A stretch of 64,000 nucleotides of DNA from a virus. The stretch lies in the IMG/VR virus record IMGVR_UViG_3300043570_002098; one strand, 5' to 3'. Below are positions 21,222-30,582 of this stretch, in pieces (position 1 is the first letter of the stretch; each line of letters opens with the position of its first letter). The notes beneath the pieces were generated by a model. It was given only the letters and a program-made list of their open reading frames with translations, was not told the DNA's origin and searched no databases. The translations under genes and the position numbers were made by a program.

Positions 21222-21463
21222 CCTTTTTTAGTATAGTTATGTGCTTTAGCGATATTTTCGTTAAAGTATTTTCCTTGGGATTCAGATAACCTAAATTTGG
21301 TGAACTTAGACCAAGGAACTTTATTATACTCATAAATACTTCCGTTATTGAATATAACGGTCAAGTCTTCTGTTTCTGTATGGTAAGAGACTTCTTTAAG
21401 ATTGGATGATTGGACAACGACAGTAATAAGTTTACCATCAATTTTTTCTGATATTATTCCCAT
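21218..21463 (-). CDS. KTSC-domain protein
   Basis: VQSSNLKEVSY...LTVIFNNGSIYEYNKVP...SQGKYFNENI. Confidence 0.9.
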   Translation of the reverse strand: MGIISEKIDGKLITVVVQSSNLKEVSYHTETEDLTVIFNNGSIYEYNKVPWSKFTKFRLSESQGKYFNENIAKAHNYTKKG

Positions 21464-21535
21464 ATTATATTGTTTATATATTATAGATAATAAATATCAA
21501 AAAATAAACCCCTCATTTAGAGGGGTTTAAGTTAG

Positions 21536-21787
21536 TTAGATACTTTTAACTTTTCTCGTCTTAAACTGACTCACAATGTTCTCGTTTAAGAACTTACCTT
21601 GTGATTTAGCCAATCTAAACTTTGTAAAAGTTGTAGACGGAACGTTTTGGTACTCATAAGATTTACCTGTTGTAAAGGTAACTCTTAAATTTTCTTTTAA
21701 AGTGTCGTAAGACGCAGCCTTTAAACTAGTGGAAGCGATTGATACGGTGATCATCTTTCCGTTGATTTTTTCTTTTTTTACTGACAT
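21536..21787 (-). CDS. KTSC-domain protein (paralog)
   Basis: STSLKAASYD...VTFTTGKSYEYQNVP...SQGKFLNENI. Confidence 0.88.
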   Translation of the reverse strand: MSVKKEKINGKMITVSIASTSLKAASYDTLKENLRVTFTTGKSYEYQNVPSTTFTKFRLAKSQGKFLNENIVSQFKTRKVKSI

Positions 21788-21854
21788 GGTGTTAAATTTT
21801 ATATTATAAATCTACACAAATATATCCATAAAAAAAAATTTTAGAGAAAATATT

Positions 21855-22211
21855 TTAATTCAATGAAATCAATCTTTCTAAACTTTTCTTCTTATCAATT
21901 GGTAATGAAAGAGTTAGAACTCCGTTTTCTACTTTTCCTTCGATTTCTTTTTCTTTAACATCTTCTGGAATATTGTAGGATTTCACAAAACTTCCAATAA
22001 AATGATGTGTATTATCACTCTCTTCTTTTTGGTAAGTGATCTTTAACACACCTTCTTTGGTAGAAATTTTAAGGTCTTCCTTTGTTAAACCAGGAACACT
22101 GATGGATACCGTGTATCCTAATTCATCTTTTTCGATGTTAGTTTCAGGAGTAGATAGAAATCCCTTCGTGTCCAATCCTCTAAAAAATGGGTCTTTAAAT
22201 AATGTAATCAT
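21855..22211 (-). CDS. Small heat-shock protein (Hsp20)
   Basis: VPGLTKEDLKI...SFVKSYNIP...ENGVLTLSLP. Confidence 0.93.
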   Translation of the reverse strand: MITLFKDPFFRGLDTKGFLSTPETNIEKDELGYTVSISVPGLTKEDLKISTKEGVLKITYQKEESDNTHHFIGSFVKSYNIPEDVKEKEIEGKVENGVLTLSLPIDKKKSLERLISLN

Positions 22212-22390
22212 AATATATTGTTTTTATACTCTCTTACTAACAAAATTTTTGCCAACACATTAATTTAGACAACTTGTCATAGTTTTTTAATTTTATTTGA
22301 CAACTTGTCATTAAAATAAATTTATACACAACCGTTTTGTTTTTAGTTCGATTTATGTTATGTTTGTACTGTAAACTAAACTTATTATTT

Positions 22391-24424
22391 ATGTCAGTAG
22401 ATTTTTTTGAGGATGGACCAACCACGAACCCCAAGAAGGTTAGAAAAGGGTCAAACACACCAATCTTGGACAATTTCTCTCGTGATCTTATTAAGATGGC
22501 TGAAGAGGGTAAAATTGATCCTGTAGTTGGTAGGGATAAAGAGGTAAAAAGAATTGCTCAAATTCTATCTCGTAAAAAGAAAAACAACGCGGTAATTGTT
22601 GGAGAGGCTGGTGTCGGTAAATCAGCGTTAGTTGAAAAATTAGCATTAATGATATACAAAGGAGATTGTCCTTCAAATCTCTTAGACAAACGTATCATGT
22701 CTTTGGATTTAACTTCATTAGTTGCCGGTACAAAATACCGTGGACAATTTGAAGAGAGAATTAAAGCAATTATCAACGAATTACAAGAGGCTCCAAACGT
22801 AATCATCTTTATTGATGAATTACATACTATGGTTGGTGCCGGTAATGCGAGTGGTGCGATGGATGCTGCAAATATTTTAAAACCCGCATTAGCACGTGGT
22901 GAATTACAATGTATTGGTGCAACAACATTTGATGAATTTAAAAAACATATTGAAAAAGACGCAGCATTAGTTCGTCGTTTTCAAAAAATAGTTTTACAAG
23001 AACCAACCGAAGAAGAAACATTAGAAATTCTTAAAAACTTAACAACATCATATCAAGACTTTCACAAAGTAAGTTATGAAGAAGGTGTTTTAGAAACTAT
23101 TGTTAAACTTTCAGGTCGTTATATTACTGATAGACAATTTCCTGATAAGGCAATTGACGTATTAGATGAATTAGGTTCTGAAAAAAGAGTATCGTCTAAA
23201 ATTCCTGAAGTAATTGAAAAATTAAAAAAGGAAATTGACATTATTAAAGAAAAGAAAGTTCAAGTTGTAAAAAGTCAAAATTACGAACAAGCTGCGAAGC
23301 TTCGTGATGAAGAAAGGAAGGTCACAACAAAATTAGATGAAGAAAAATTAAAGTGGTCCGACAAACAAAAAGATAATAAAATACCGGTTTCATTAGATGA
23401 TGTTTACGACATCGTTAGTGATATGACGGGAGTTCCAATTACTAAACTTGACACTAAAGAAACTAAGAAGTTATTAGAACTTGAAAATATTTTATCTTCA
23501 AAAGTAATTGGTCAAGACGAAGCGGTTAAAACAATCTCTAAGGCAATTAGAAGAAATCGTGTAGGTATCAAAGAAGCAAATAAACCAATCGGTTCATTTA
23601 TTTTTATCGGATCAACAGGTGTTGGTAAAACATATCTTGCAAAGTCAATTGCTGAAACCTTATTTGGTGATCCTGATAAAATTATCCGTGTTGATATGAG
23701 TGAGTATATGGAGAAACATAATGTATCTAAATTAATCGGTTCTCCACCGGGTTATGTCGGTTATGATGAAGGGGGTCAGTTGACTGAGAAGATTAAAAAT
23801 AACCCATTCTCTGTCGTTTTATTTGATGAAATTGAGAAGGCTCATAAAGACGTGTTTAATATCTTACTCCAAATTTTAGATGAAGGACATTTAACAGATT
23901 CATTTGGTAGAAAAATTAATTTCACAAATACAATTGTTATCATGACATCTAACGTAGGAGCTAAACGTGTATCTGATTTAGGTGCAGGTGTTGGATTTAA
24001 AACTTCATCAAGTGAAGAACAACAATATGAAGTTAGAAAGACAATGATTCAAAAGGCATTGAAACAACAATTCAATCCTGAGTTTTTAAATCGTATTGAC
24101 GATATCATTCTATTCAATTCATTAAATGATGAAACGTTAAGAAAAATTATTGGAATTGAAGTTAATAATTTAAACAAACGTTTAATTAATAAGAACTACA
24201 AAATTAATTTCGATAAAACGGTTATCAATAGAATTTATGAATTGAACTCACAAGAAGAGTACGGTGCACGTCCGTTAAAACGTATTATACAAAATCTTTG
24301 TGAAGACTTTTTGAGTGAGGAAATTTTAAAAGGTACAATTTTAGAAAATGTACAATATATTTTGAAATATAAGGACGAAAATTTAACTATCACTAAAAAA
24401 ACCACCAATATTGAATCAAAATAA
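22391..24424 (+). CDS. clpC: ClpC-like AAA+ ATPase lacking the N-terminal Clp-repeat domain
   Basis: GEAGVGKS, FIDELH, UVR motif QNYEQAAKLRD, GSTGVGKT, FDEIEKAH, GVGF ClpP-binding loop, GARPL. Likely start MSVDFF at 22391, after TATGTTTG. Confidence 0.88.
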   Translation: MSVDFFEDGPTTNPKKVRKGSNTPILDNFSRDLIKMAEEGKIDPVVGRDKEVKRIAQILSRKKKNNAVIVGEAGVGKSALVEKLALMIYKGDCPSNLLDKRIMSLDLTSLVAGTKYRGQFEERIKAIINELQEAPNVIIFIDELHTMVGAGNASGAMDAANILKPALARGELQCIGATTFDEFKKHIEKDAALVRRFQKIVLQEPTEEETLEILKNLTTSYQDFHKVSYEEGVLETIVKLSGRYITDRQFPDKAIDVLDELGSEKRVSSKIPEVIEKLKKEIDIIKEKKVQVVKSQNYEQAAKLRDEERKVTTKLDEEKLKWSDKQKDNKIPVSLDDVYDIVSDMTGVPITKLDTKETKKLLELENILSSKVIGQDEAVKTISKAIRRNRVGIKEANKPIGSFIFIGSTGVGKTYLAKSIAETLFGDPDKIIRVDMSEYMEKHNVSKLIGSPPGYVGYDEGGQLTEKIKNNPFSVVLFDEIEKAHKDVFNILLQILDEGHLTDSFGRKINFTNTIVIMTSNVGAKRVSDLGAGVGFKTSSSEEQQYEVRKTMIQKALKQQFNPEFLNRIDDIILFNSLNDETLRKIIGIEVNNLNKRLINKNYKINFDKTVINRIYELNSQEEYGARPLKRIIQNLCEDFLSEEILKGTILENVQYILKYKDENLTITKKTTNIESK

Positions 24425-25070
24425 TCTTTGGGTATTTGGAGATTCCTTTTCTGTTCCATTTAAAAAAATAGAAAAGGAATGTCCTTATGTCCATTATAAA
24501 GGGTACTGTCCAAAAATATATTCAGAACTTTTATCTGAAAAATTAGAATATAATTTAATTGATATGTCAATTGGTGGATGTTCTAATTATAGTTTATTCC
24601 ATAAATTTATTGACTGTGTAGAAAAAATTAAACCTAATGACATTTTAATATTTGGTTGGACACAACCAATTAGATTTAGGGTTGCATCTAAACATAATGA
24701 TTTTTATGACGTTATGATTGCGGTTGTAAAACATATGACTGACATGTTTACACTTAAAGTTGATACGTTACAGGACATAACAATTAATCGAAATGAAAAT
24801 TCCGTTTATTACACCGAATTATCGGATTACATAAAACTTATAAATTTTACATTAAAAAATAATAAAATAATTCATTGGACTTGGGTAGAACCATCTAATA
24901 AATTTTTTACTGATGAAAAACAATATGAAAAAGCATATTATGATTTATTAGAACCATATAAAAAATATCTTTTAATAAAAGAAGAAACAAATAAAGAAAT
25001 TGACGATTTTCATTATGGTGAAATTGCTCATTTAGAATTATCAGAAGATTTATATAAAAAAATAATGTAA
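24411..25070 (+). CDS. SGNH/GDSL-hydrolase-like protein
   Basis: VFGDSFS, GCSN, DDFHYG motifs. Confidence 0.6.
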   Translation: MNQNNLWVFGDSFSVPFKKIEKECPYVHYKGYCPKIYSELLSEKLEYNLIDMSIGGCSNYSLFHKFIDCVEKIKPNDILIFGWTQPIRFRVASKHNDFYDVMIAVVKHMTDMFTLKVDTLQDITINRNENSVYYTELSDYIKLINFTLKNNKIIHWTWVEPSNKFFTDEKQYEKAYYDLLEPYKKYLLIKEETNKEIDDFHYGEIAHLELSEDLYKKIM

Positions 25071-25110
25071 ATAGTTGACTTTTTATTAAAGTTATATATA
25101 TTTATATCAC

Positions 25111-25210
25111 TATAGGTTCTCTTTGTCGATTACCTTTTCGTTTTTCAAAAGTAAGTGGGGTTGAACCCACCCAAAGACCTTAAACCCCGACATCTCGTTG
25201 GGGTTTTTTT
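25111..25210 (+). ncRNA. Putative small structured RNA
   Basis: TATTTATA at 25099-25106; outer helix aggt(tc)tctttg/caaagacct; hairpin gtggg/cccac; terminator 25183-25210; no credible ORF. Confidence 0.55.
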
Positions 25211-25254
25211 ATGTAATTTGGTTTTATCGTTAAACTTTCGTATATTTACTATAT

Positions 25255-25473
25255 ATGAAAAAAGTAACATTTATTTTAGCTCTTGGTGTAGCACTTACAC
25301 TAACAGCATGTGGTTCAGGGTCAGCCGCAACAGAAACAACAGACTCTACAGTAGCTCCTGTTGCAGATACAACTGCAGTAGTCGCTGATTCAACAGTATC
25401 ACCTGTAGAAGGTGGTGGTGTTTTATTAAAAGAAGGTGCTGAAAAACCAGTATCTAATGAAGAAGTAAAATAA
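25255..25473 (+). CDS. Small lipoprotein
   Basis: Signal peptide with lipobox LTAC; T/A/D-rich; followed by terminator 25480-25509. Confidence 0.8.
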   Translation: MKKVTFILALGVALTLTACGSGSAATETTDSTVAPVADTTAVVADSTVSPVEGGGVLLKEGAEKPVSNEEVK

Positions 25474-25526
25474 GAAATAGGGGTTGGTTTATTCTGACCC
25501 CCATTTTTTAATCCTAAATCTCTCCT

Positions 25527-25955
25527 ATGGATATTACAAACGAGACACAAGGCGAATTAATATTATTACGAGGTTTACCTGGTTCAGGTAAAACAACTCT
25601 AGCAAAAATCATACTACAACTTAGAAGTACGGACGAACCTGAAATTTTATCTGCCGATGATTTTTTCGAAGATAAAGAAGGTGATTACAATTTTGATCCT
25701 ACTAAATTAAAAGAAGCTCATAACTATTGTCAATTTAGATGCTCAGAAAGAATGAGACAACAAAAGGCAAAGATAGTTGTTGCAAATACTTTTACCCAAG
25801 AATGGGAAATGGACGAATATTTTAAAATGGCTGAAAGATACAATTATCGTGTTCATACAGTGGTTGTTGAAAACAGACATGGTAATGAAAATATTCATGG
25901 GGTTCCCGAAGATAAACTTCAACAAATGAAGAATAGATTTCAAGTTAAACTTTAA
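25527..25955 (+). CDS. P-loop polynucleotide kinase-like protein (AAA_33)
   Basis: RGLPGSGKT, SADDFF, AHNYC, VANTF, HGVP. Confidence 0.85.
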   Translation: MDITNETQGELILLRGLPGSGKTTLAKIILQLRSTDEPEILSADDFFEDKEGDYNFDPTKLKEAHNYCQFRCSERMRQQKAKIVVANTFTQEWEMDEYFKMAERYNYRVHTVVVENRHGNENIHGVPEDKLQQMKNRFQVKL

Positions 25956-26197
25956 TGAGTCAATTTATTTCTTCTTTTATTGAATCCATAAATCCAAAAC
26001 CAAAGATGAAATTTCACGCTAACTTACATAGAAACCAATGGTCAATATATCCATTACCTTTTGTTTATTTTTATTTTGAAACATGTCAACCAGATTCTCA
26101 TGTATCAATTTGGAAAAACAAAATATGTGGAGTATATTTGTCCTTTAATTGGTTGAAACATACTTACAACATCGGAATCCACAAAACAATAAACTAA
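25955..26197 (+). CDS. Hypothetical protein
   Basis: 80 aa, coupled by TAATG overlaps on both sides. Confidence 0.6.
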   Translation: MSQFISSFIESINPKPKMKFHANLHRNQWSIYPLPFVYFYFETCQPDSHVSIWKNKICGVYLSFNWLKHTYNIGIHKTIN

Positions 26198-27267
26198 TGT
26201 TAGAGATTTTAGAGAAATATTATACTGATGGTTTGTTACATAAACAAACACATCCTACTAAAGATTTGACTATATGGAATTATTCTCCTAAAGTTCAATA
26301 CGAAAGATTGTGGGATGATATTACTTTGCAATGCCGTGGATTGGTGACCAATTCAAAAGGTGATATTGTTGCAAGACCATTTAAGAAATTCTTTAACTAC
26401 GAAGAACATAAACCAGAAGATATTCCAAATGAAACTTATGTTGTTTATGAAAAGATGGATGGATCATTAGGTATTCTTTTTAATTATGAAGGAGAATGGA
26501 TATTATCCACTCGTGGTTCTTTTACATCACCGCAAGCAATTAAAGGAAAAGAAATTCTTGATAGACACGACATCAGTGCGTGGAGAAAAGACAACACATA
26601 TTTGTTTGAAATTATTTATCCTGAAAATAGAATTGTTGTTGATTACAAAGGTGAAGAAAAATTAGTTGTTCTTGGTGCTTTTCATACTGAAAGTGGAATG
26701 GAAATACCTGATAGTAGTTTATTTTGGACACAAGATTCAGGATTTGAAGTTGCTATGACATACAAAACTTGGGGAGAAGGATATGATTTACTTAAAGAAG
26801 AAATATCTAAAGATAGAGAAGGATATGTAATTAAATTTAAGAATGGTTTTCGTATGAAAATCAAAGGAGAAGAATATAAAAGATTACATAAAATATTAAC
26901 CAACTTTTCATCCAAAGATATTTGGGAATTATTGAGGGATGGAAAACCTATGGATGAATTTTTAGATAGGGTACCTGATGAATTTTACAAGTGGGTTAAA
27001 CAACAAGTGAGTTCTTTTGAATATGCCAAATACAGAATTGGTGAACATTGTGGTAAGATACACGATTATTTTAGATATGGAAAATATGGTGATGTGGACC
27101 CAATGCCAACAAAAAAAGATTTTGCGTTACATTTAGAAAAATGTAATGTTGAGACATTTTATAGACCAATATTATTTGCAATGTGGGACGGAAAACCATA
27201 TGAACATATTATTTGGAGAATAATGAAACCTAAATACGAAAAACCATTTAAGAAAGATGAAAATTAA
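26197..27267 (+). CDS. RNA ligase (T4 Rnl1-like)
   Basis: CRGLV, RPFKKFFN, EKMDGSLG adenylation motif, FEII, EGYVI, KIK; start MLEIL at 26197. Confidence 0.9.
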   Translation: MLEILEKYYTDGLLHKQTHPTKDLTIWNYSPKVQYERLWDDITLQCRGLVTNSKGDIVARPFKKFFNYEEHKPEDIPNETYVVYEKMDGSLGILFNYEGEWILSTRGSFTSPQAIKGKEILDRHDISAWRKDNTYLFEIIYPENRIVVDYKGEEKLVVLGAFHTESGMEIPDSSLFWTQDSGFEVAMTYKTWGEGYDLLKEEISKDREGYVIKFKNGFRMKIKGEEYKRLHKILTNFSSKDIWELLRDGKPMDEFLDRVPDEFYKWVKQQVSSFEYAKYRIGEHCGKIHDYFRYGKYGDVDPMPTKKDFALHLEKCNVETFYRPILFAMWDGKPYEHIIWRIMKPKYEKPFKKDEN

Positions 27268-27745
27268 TAATAGATTGAGATTATACCTTGACGATATAAG
27301 AACTCCTGTGGATGATGATTGGATTGTTGTGAGAAATTATGATGAATTTGTTGCACAAATAAAATTACATGGATTAGGTAATTTTGAAGTTATATCCTTA
27401 GATCATGATTTAGGTGAAGGTGCTATGGTGGAATACTATACAAATGTAAAAAATAATTATATGTTGGATTACAACAACATAGAAGAAAGAACGGGAATGG
27501 ATTGTTGTAGATATTTGGTTAGTGAGAGTATGAACGAAAAAATACCCTTACCTCAAGTATATATACATTCCGCAAACCCTATTGGTTCCGCAAATATGAT
27601 GGGATATATCAACAATTATTTAATGAATTGTAGACTACCTCAAACCTGTGTAAGAGTTCAAATTAATCACACCATTAATGAAATCCACATGTTATCCCCT
27701 GAAGCACGTAAAGCAAAGTGGGATCGTAGTATGGAGAATGAATAA
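27257..27745 (+). CDS. Cyclic-phosphate-processing Receiver-domain protein
   Basis: LYLDDIRTP, ISLDHDLG, TGMD, IHSANPIG. Confidence 0.82.
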   Translation: MKINNRLRLYLDDIRTPVDDDWIVVRNYDEFVAQIKLHGLGNFEVISLDHDLGEGAMVEYYTNVKNNYMLDYNNIEERTGMDCCRYLVSESMNEKIPLPQVYIHSANPIGSANMMGYINNYLMNCRLPQTCVRVQINHTINEIHMLSPEARKAKWDRSMENE

Positions 27746-27812
27746 TTCTTGGATATTCAAAAAAAATCATTATTTTTACGTTCATAACTAAACAAACTAA
27801 ACACTTACCCAC

Positions 27813-28151
27813 ATGGAAAATTTGGATCAACCAAAAAGAAGAAAGAAACCTTATAAAGAATTGATTATCAATGGAATTTATAAGGATTGGAAAAGTTTTT
27901 ACGAACCAAACAAAGAAGACATTTATAAATCTATAATTGAAATTTTTGAGGAGTTTAAAAACACAAGAAAAAAATCTTTAGTATTAAAACTTTCAGCTAA
28001 GTTTAAAAACACTGATTGGAATACAGAATTTGAATTTCATCGTAATGAAACCATTGTTTTAAAAAGAGATATTTTACCTTTTTTTGAAGAAAATGAAGAT
28101 TATGAAATGTGTGGTCAAGTATTAAATTTACATAAAGAATTGACTTCTTAA
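27813..28151 (+). CDS. Protein with C-terminal UVR-like motif
   Basis: FFEENEDYEMCGQV. Confidence 0.55.
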   Translation: MENLDQPKRRKKPYKELIINGIYKDWKSFYEPNKEDIYKSIIEIFEEFKNTRKKSLVLKLSAKFKNTDWNTEFEFHRNETIVLKRDILPFFEENEDYEMCGQVLNLHKELTS

Positions 28152-28174
28152 AATATAATTAATATATTAGTAAA

Positions 28175-28241
28175 GTATCAGGAGAGAGGTACATTTATTT
28201 TTTGTCAAGTCCTCGAGGTTTATACTTCGGGGATTTTTTTT
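28175..28241 (+). ncRNA. Putative antisense sRNA targeting the envelope cluster
   Basis: TTGACT-N17-TATATT (28140-28168); terminator 28210-28241; 27/32 identity to 42641-42672 and partial matches at several minus-strand start regions. Confidence 0.7.
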
Positions 28242-29847
28242 ATAATACCATTCTACTACCTATTTGGAAATTACTTAAAAAATCAGAAAATGGTTTGGTG
28301 TTTCCACTCATTTTGTAGTTTGCGGAGAACCCAAATCTCTTACTAATTTTATAATCAAATGCTGCACCTAATAAAAATCCCATATGTCTATTGACTGTTG
28401 TTACACCCGTTGCACTATTATAACTTATAGGTGCAAACATTGTAAATACCTGTGGTGATATTGTTAATTTTTTATTATACTGATAAGGTTTAGTCCAAAA
28501 CACAATTGCAGATGTAGCCATATTGTATTCAAACCCACCCGTCTCATCGTTTTTAAGTAATAGATTAATTACACCCACATTATAACCATATGTTCCTTTT
28601 TTTGCAGTTGGTTTGATGTATGTATATCCTAATAAATTCATATAGTTTCCACCTAAGTACGCAATTCCAGTTCCGTATGAATGTATTGCGTCTAATTGTC
28701 CATCTTCGGTCATTCCCATTTTTGTTATACCACCCGTCATTACGATTGAACTTAAATTACTATTCACCATCAATCCAGCACTATAACTCACATCACCTGC
28801 TAACGATGATTTACTAAGTCCTAATGATATAGACGCTAAGAAACTACCCGGAGTTGCTTCCATAACACTTATATCCGATGCCAATAGTGTTGGATTTGTT
28901 ACCTCTTGTTTTTTCTTTTTTTCTTCTTCTTTTTTCTTTTCTTCCTCTTTCTTTTTCTCTTCCTCTTTTTTAGCTTCTTCTTTCTTCTCTTCTTCTTTTT
29001 TGGCTTCTTCCTTTTTCTCCTCAGTCTTTTTTTCTTCTGATTTCTTTTCTTCGGTTTTTGCTTCTTCTTTCTTTTCTTCTGTTTTAGCTTCAGTTTTCTT
29101 TTCTTCGGTTTTTTGTTCTGCAGGTTTGTCCGATTTAGTTTCAGCAGGTTTTGCCTCCGCGGGTTTTGCTTCAGCAGGTTTTGCTTCTGTTGATGATGAA
29201 CTACCACCACTTGCAGGAGGTGGAGATGAACTACCACTTGCGGGTGGTGGTGCAGCTGCCGGTGGAGGTGCTGCCGTTGGTGGGGGTGCAGTGACTACGG
29301 GTGGTGGGGGTGGTGGTGCAATGTTTATTGGTGGTGGTGTTGCTGCATTTGCCGCTGCAGAACTTGCTGCCGCACTTGCCGATGAACTTGCTGCCGATGA
29401 TGCCGATGAACTTGCAGCCTTTGCCGCAGCCTCTGCAGCCGCCTTTGCTGCAGCATCTGCGGCAGCTTTTGCGGCGGCGTCCGATGCCGCTTTTGCTGCG
29501 GCATCTGCAGCTGCCTTTGCGGCTGCGTCAGCGGCAGCTCTTGCTGCAGCATCTGCGGCAGCTCTCGCGGCAGCTTCTTGTGCCAATCTTATATTATCAT
29601 TTATAGGACAAGGAGTTGAAAATATTGAATTTACCCATACTTGAAACGCACCACTACTCATGTCAGCTAATGTAACTATTTTAGATTTACCTCTAATAAC
29701 TGCAACCGTTTGATTTTGACCAAAGGGAATTGTTACCACATAGACTTTATTGTCACATGGATCAATATATGTTTGTGTTATAGTACTTTGACTAAACGAC
29801 TTAACATAAAAAAATAATATTAGGAGAGAGATAATATATTTTTTCAT
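28240..29847 (-). CDS. Exported protein with Ala/Pro/Lys-Glu stalk and C-terminal beta-barrel-like domain
   Basis: Signal peptide; (AAAD/AAAK)n, poly-Pro and EEKK repeats; C-terminal alternating beta strands (LGAAFDYKISKRFGFSANY). Confidence 0.7.
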   Translation of the reverse strand: MKKYIISLLILFFYVKSFSQSTITQTYIDPCDNKVYVVTIPFGQNQTVAVIRGKSKIVTLADMSSGAFQVWVNSIFSTPCPINDNIRLAQEAAARAAADAAARAAADAAAKAAADAAAKAASDAAAKAAADAAAKAAAEAAAKAASSSASSAASSSASAAASSAAANAATPPPINIAPPPPPPVVTAPPPTAAPPPAAAPPPASGSSSPPPASGGSSSSTEAKPAEAKPAEAKPAETKSDKPAEQKTEEKKTEAKTEEKKEEAKTEEKKSEEKKTEEKKEEAKKEEEKKEEAKKEEEKKKEEEKKKEEEKKKKQEVTNPTLLASDISVMEATPGSFLASISLGLSKSSLAGDVSYSAGLMVNSNLSSIVMTGGITKMGMTEDGQLDAIHSYGTGIAYLGGNYMNLLGYTYIKPTAKKGTYGYNVGVINLLLKNDETGGFEYNMATSAIVFWTKPYQYNKKLTISPQVFTMFAPISYNSATGVTTVNRHMGFLLGAAFDYKISKRFGFSANYKMSGNTKPFSDFLSNFQIGSRMVL

Positions 29848-29853
29848 TATTCG

Positions 29854-30582
29854 TTATTCAAATTTTTCATTATAATCTTTTATTGTAAATGGACAATATA
29901 CTGAATATCTAATGTCTTTTGATAAGTTTTTAGTTACCTCATGTACGTAATTGTATTTTTGATGTTCAATCAACACACATTTATTAAAATTTGGTAAAAC
30001 TTCTATTTCACCATTTTTAGTATAAAGTTTTAATAATGACCCATCATCAAATTTTCTATCGTTGTTTATAAAAAATACAGCAGTAAATAATCTTTCACCA
30101 TTTGGGTCACTATCAAAATGTTTCTTAATAAATGATCCTTCTGGATATACATTTATATGACCAACTAATGAATCTTTAAAATTTGGTTTAATTTTTTTAT
30201 TAAATAATTCAAATAATATGTTTTCGTAACATTTAGATATTAGATCATAAATTCCATTAGTTTTTAACAAACTACTATTATGTGTTAATAAAAAATTAAA
30301 ATAATCATTTTCATTAAATCCATATTGATCATTTAATTTATTTAAAAAACAATAATCTGTATAATTCAATGAATATGAATCTACTATTTTATTGTATCTT
30401 ATTGGATCTATTTCTTTAACTTTATTTTCCACATCATTTGACCATTGTAAAAACCCTAACGAGCTATTAATCTCATCAACATTTACGTCAAAATTAATTA
30501 ATGATGTATTAAGTTTAACAAACTCATCTTTAGTAAGATAATTTTCTAAATCAAATATTTTATAGTCAAAATCTAAATTCAT
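29854..30582 (-). CDS. 2OG-Fe(II) oxygenase (prolyl-hydroxylase-like)
   Basis: YPEGSFIKKHFD, RLFTAVFFIN, PNFN, HEV, RYS. Confidence 0.8.
   Translation of the reverse strand: MNLDFDYKIFDLENYLTKDEFVKLNTSLINFDVNVDEINSSLGFLQWSNDVENKVKEIDPIRYNKIVDSYSLNYTDYCFLNKLNDQYGFNENDYFNFLLTHNSSLLKTNGIYDLISKCYENILFELFNKKIKPNFKDSLVGHINVYPEGSFIKKHFDSDPNGERLFTAVFFINNDRKFDDGSLLKLYTKNGEIEVLPNFNKCVLIEHQKYNYVHEVTKNLSKDIRYSVYCPFTIKDYNEKFE

Noticed and set aside
25155-25388. 77-aa ORF spanning the sRNA terminator
   Set aside because: Crosses a terminator and overlaps the lipoprotein gene out of frame
28899-29644. Several overlapping ORFs (K/R-rich, A/S/F-rich, L/Q-rich)
   Set aside because: Alternative-frame products of the low-complexity stalk in 28240..29847
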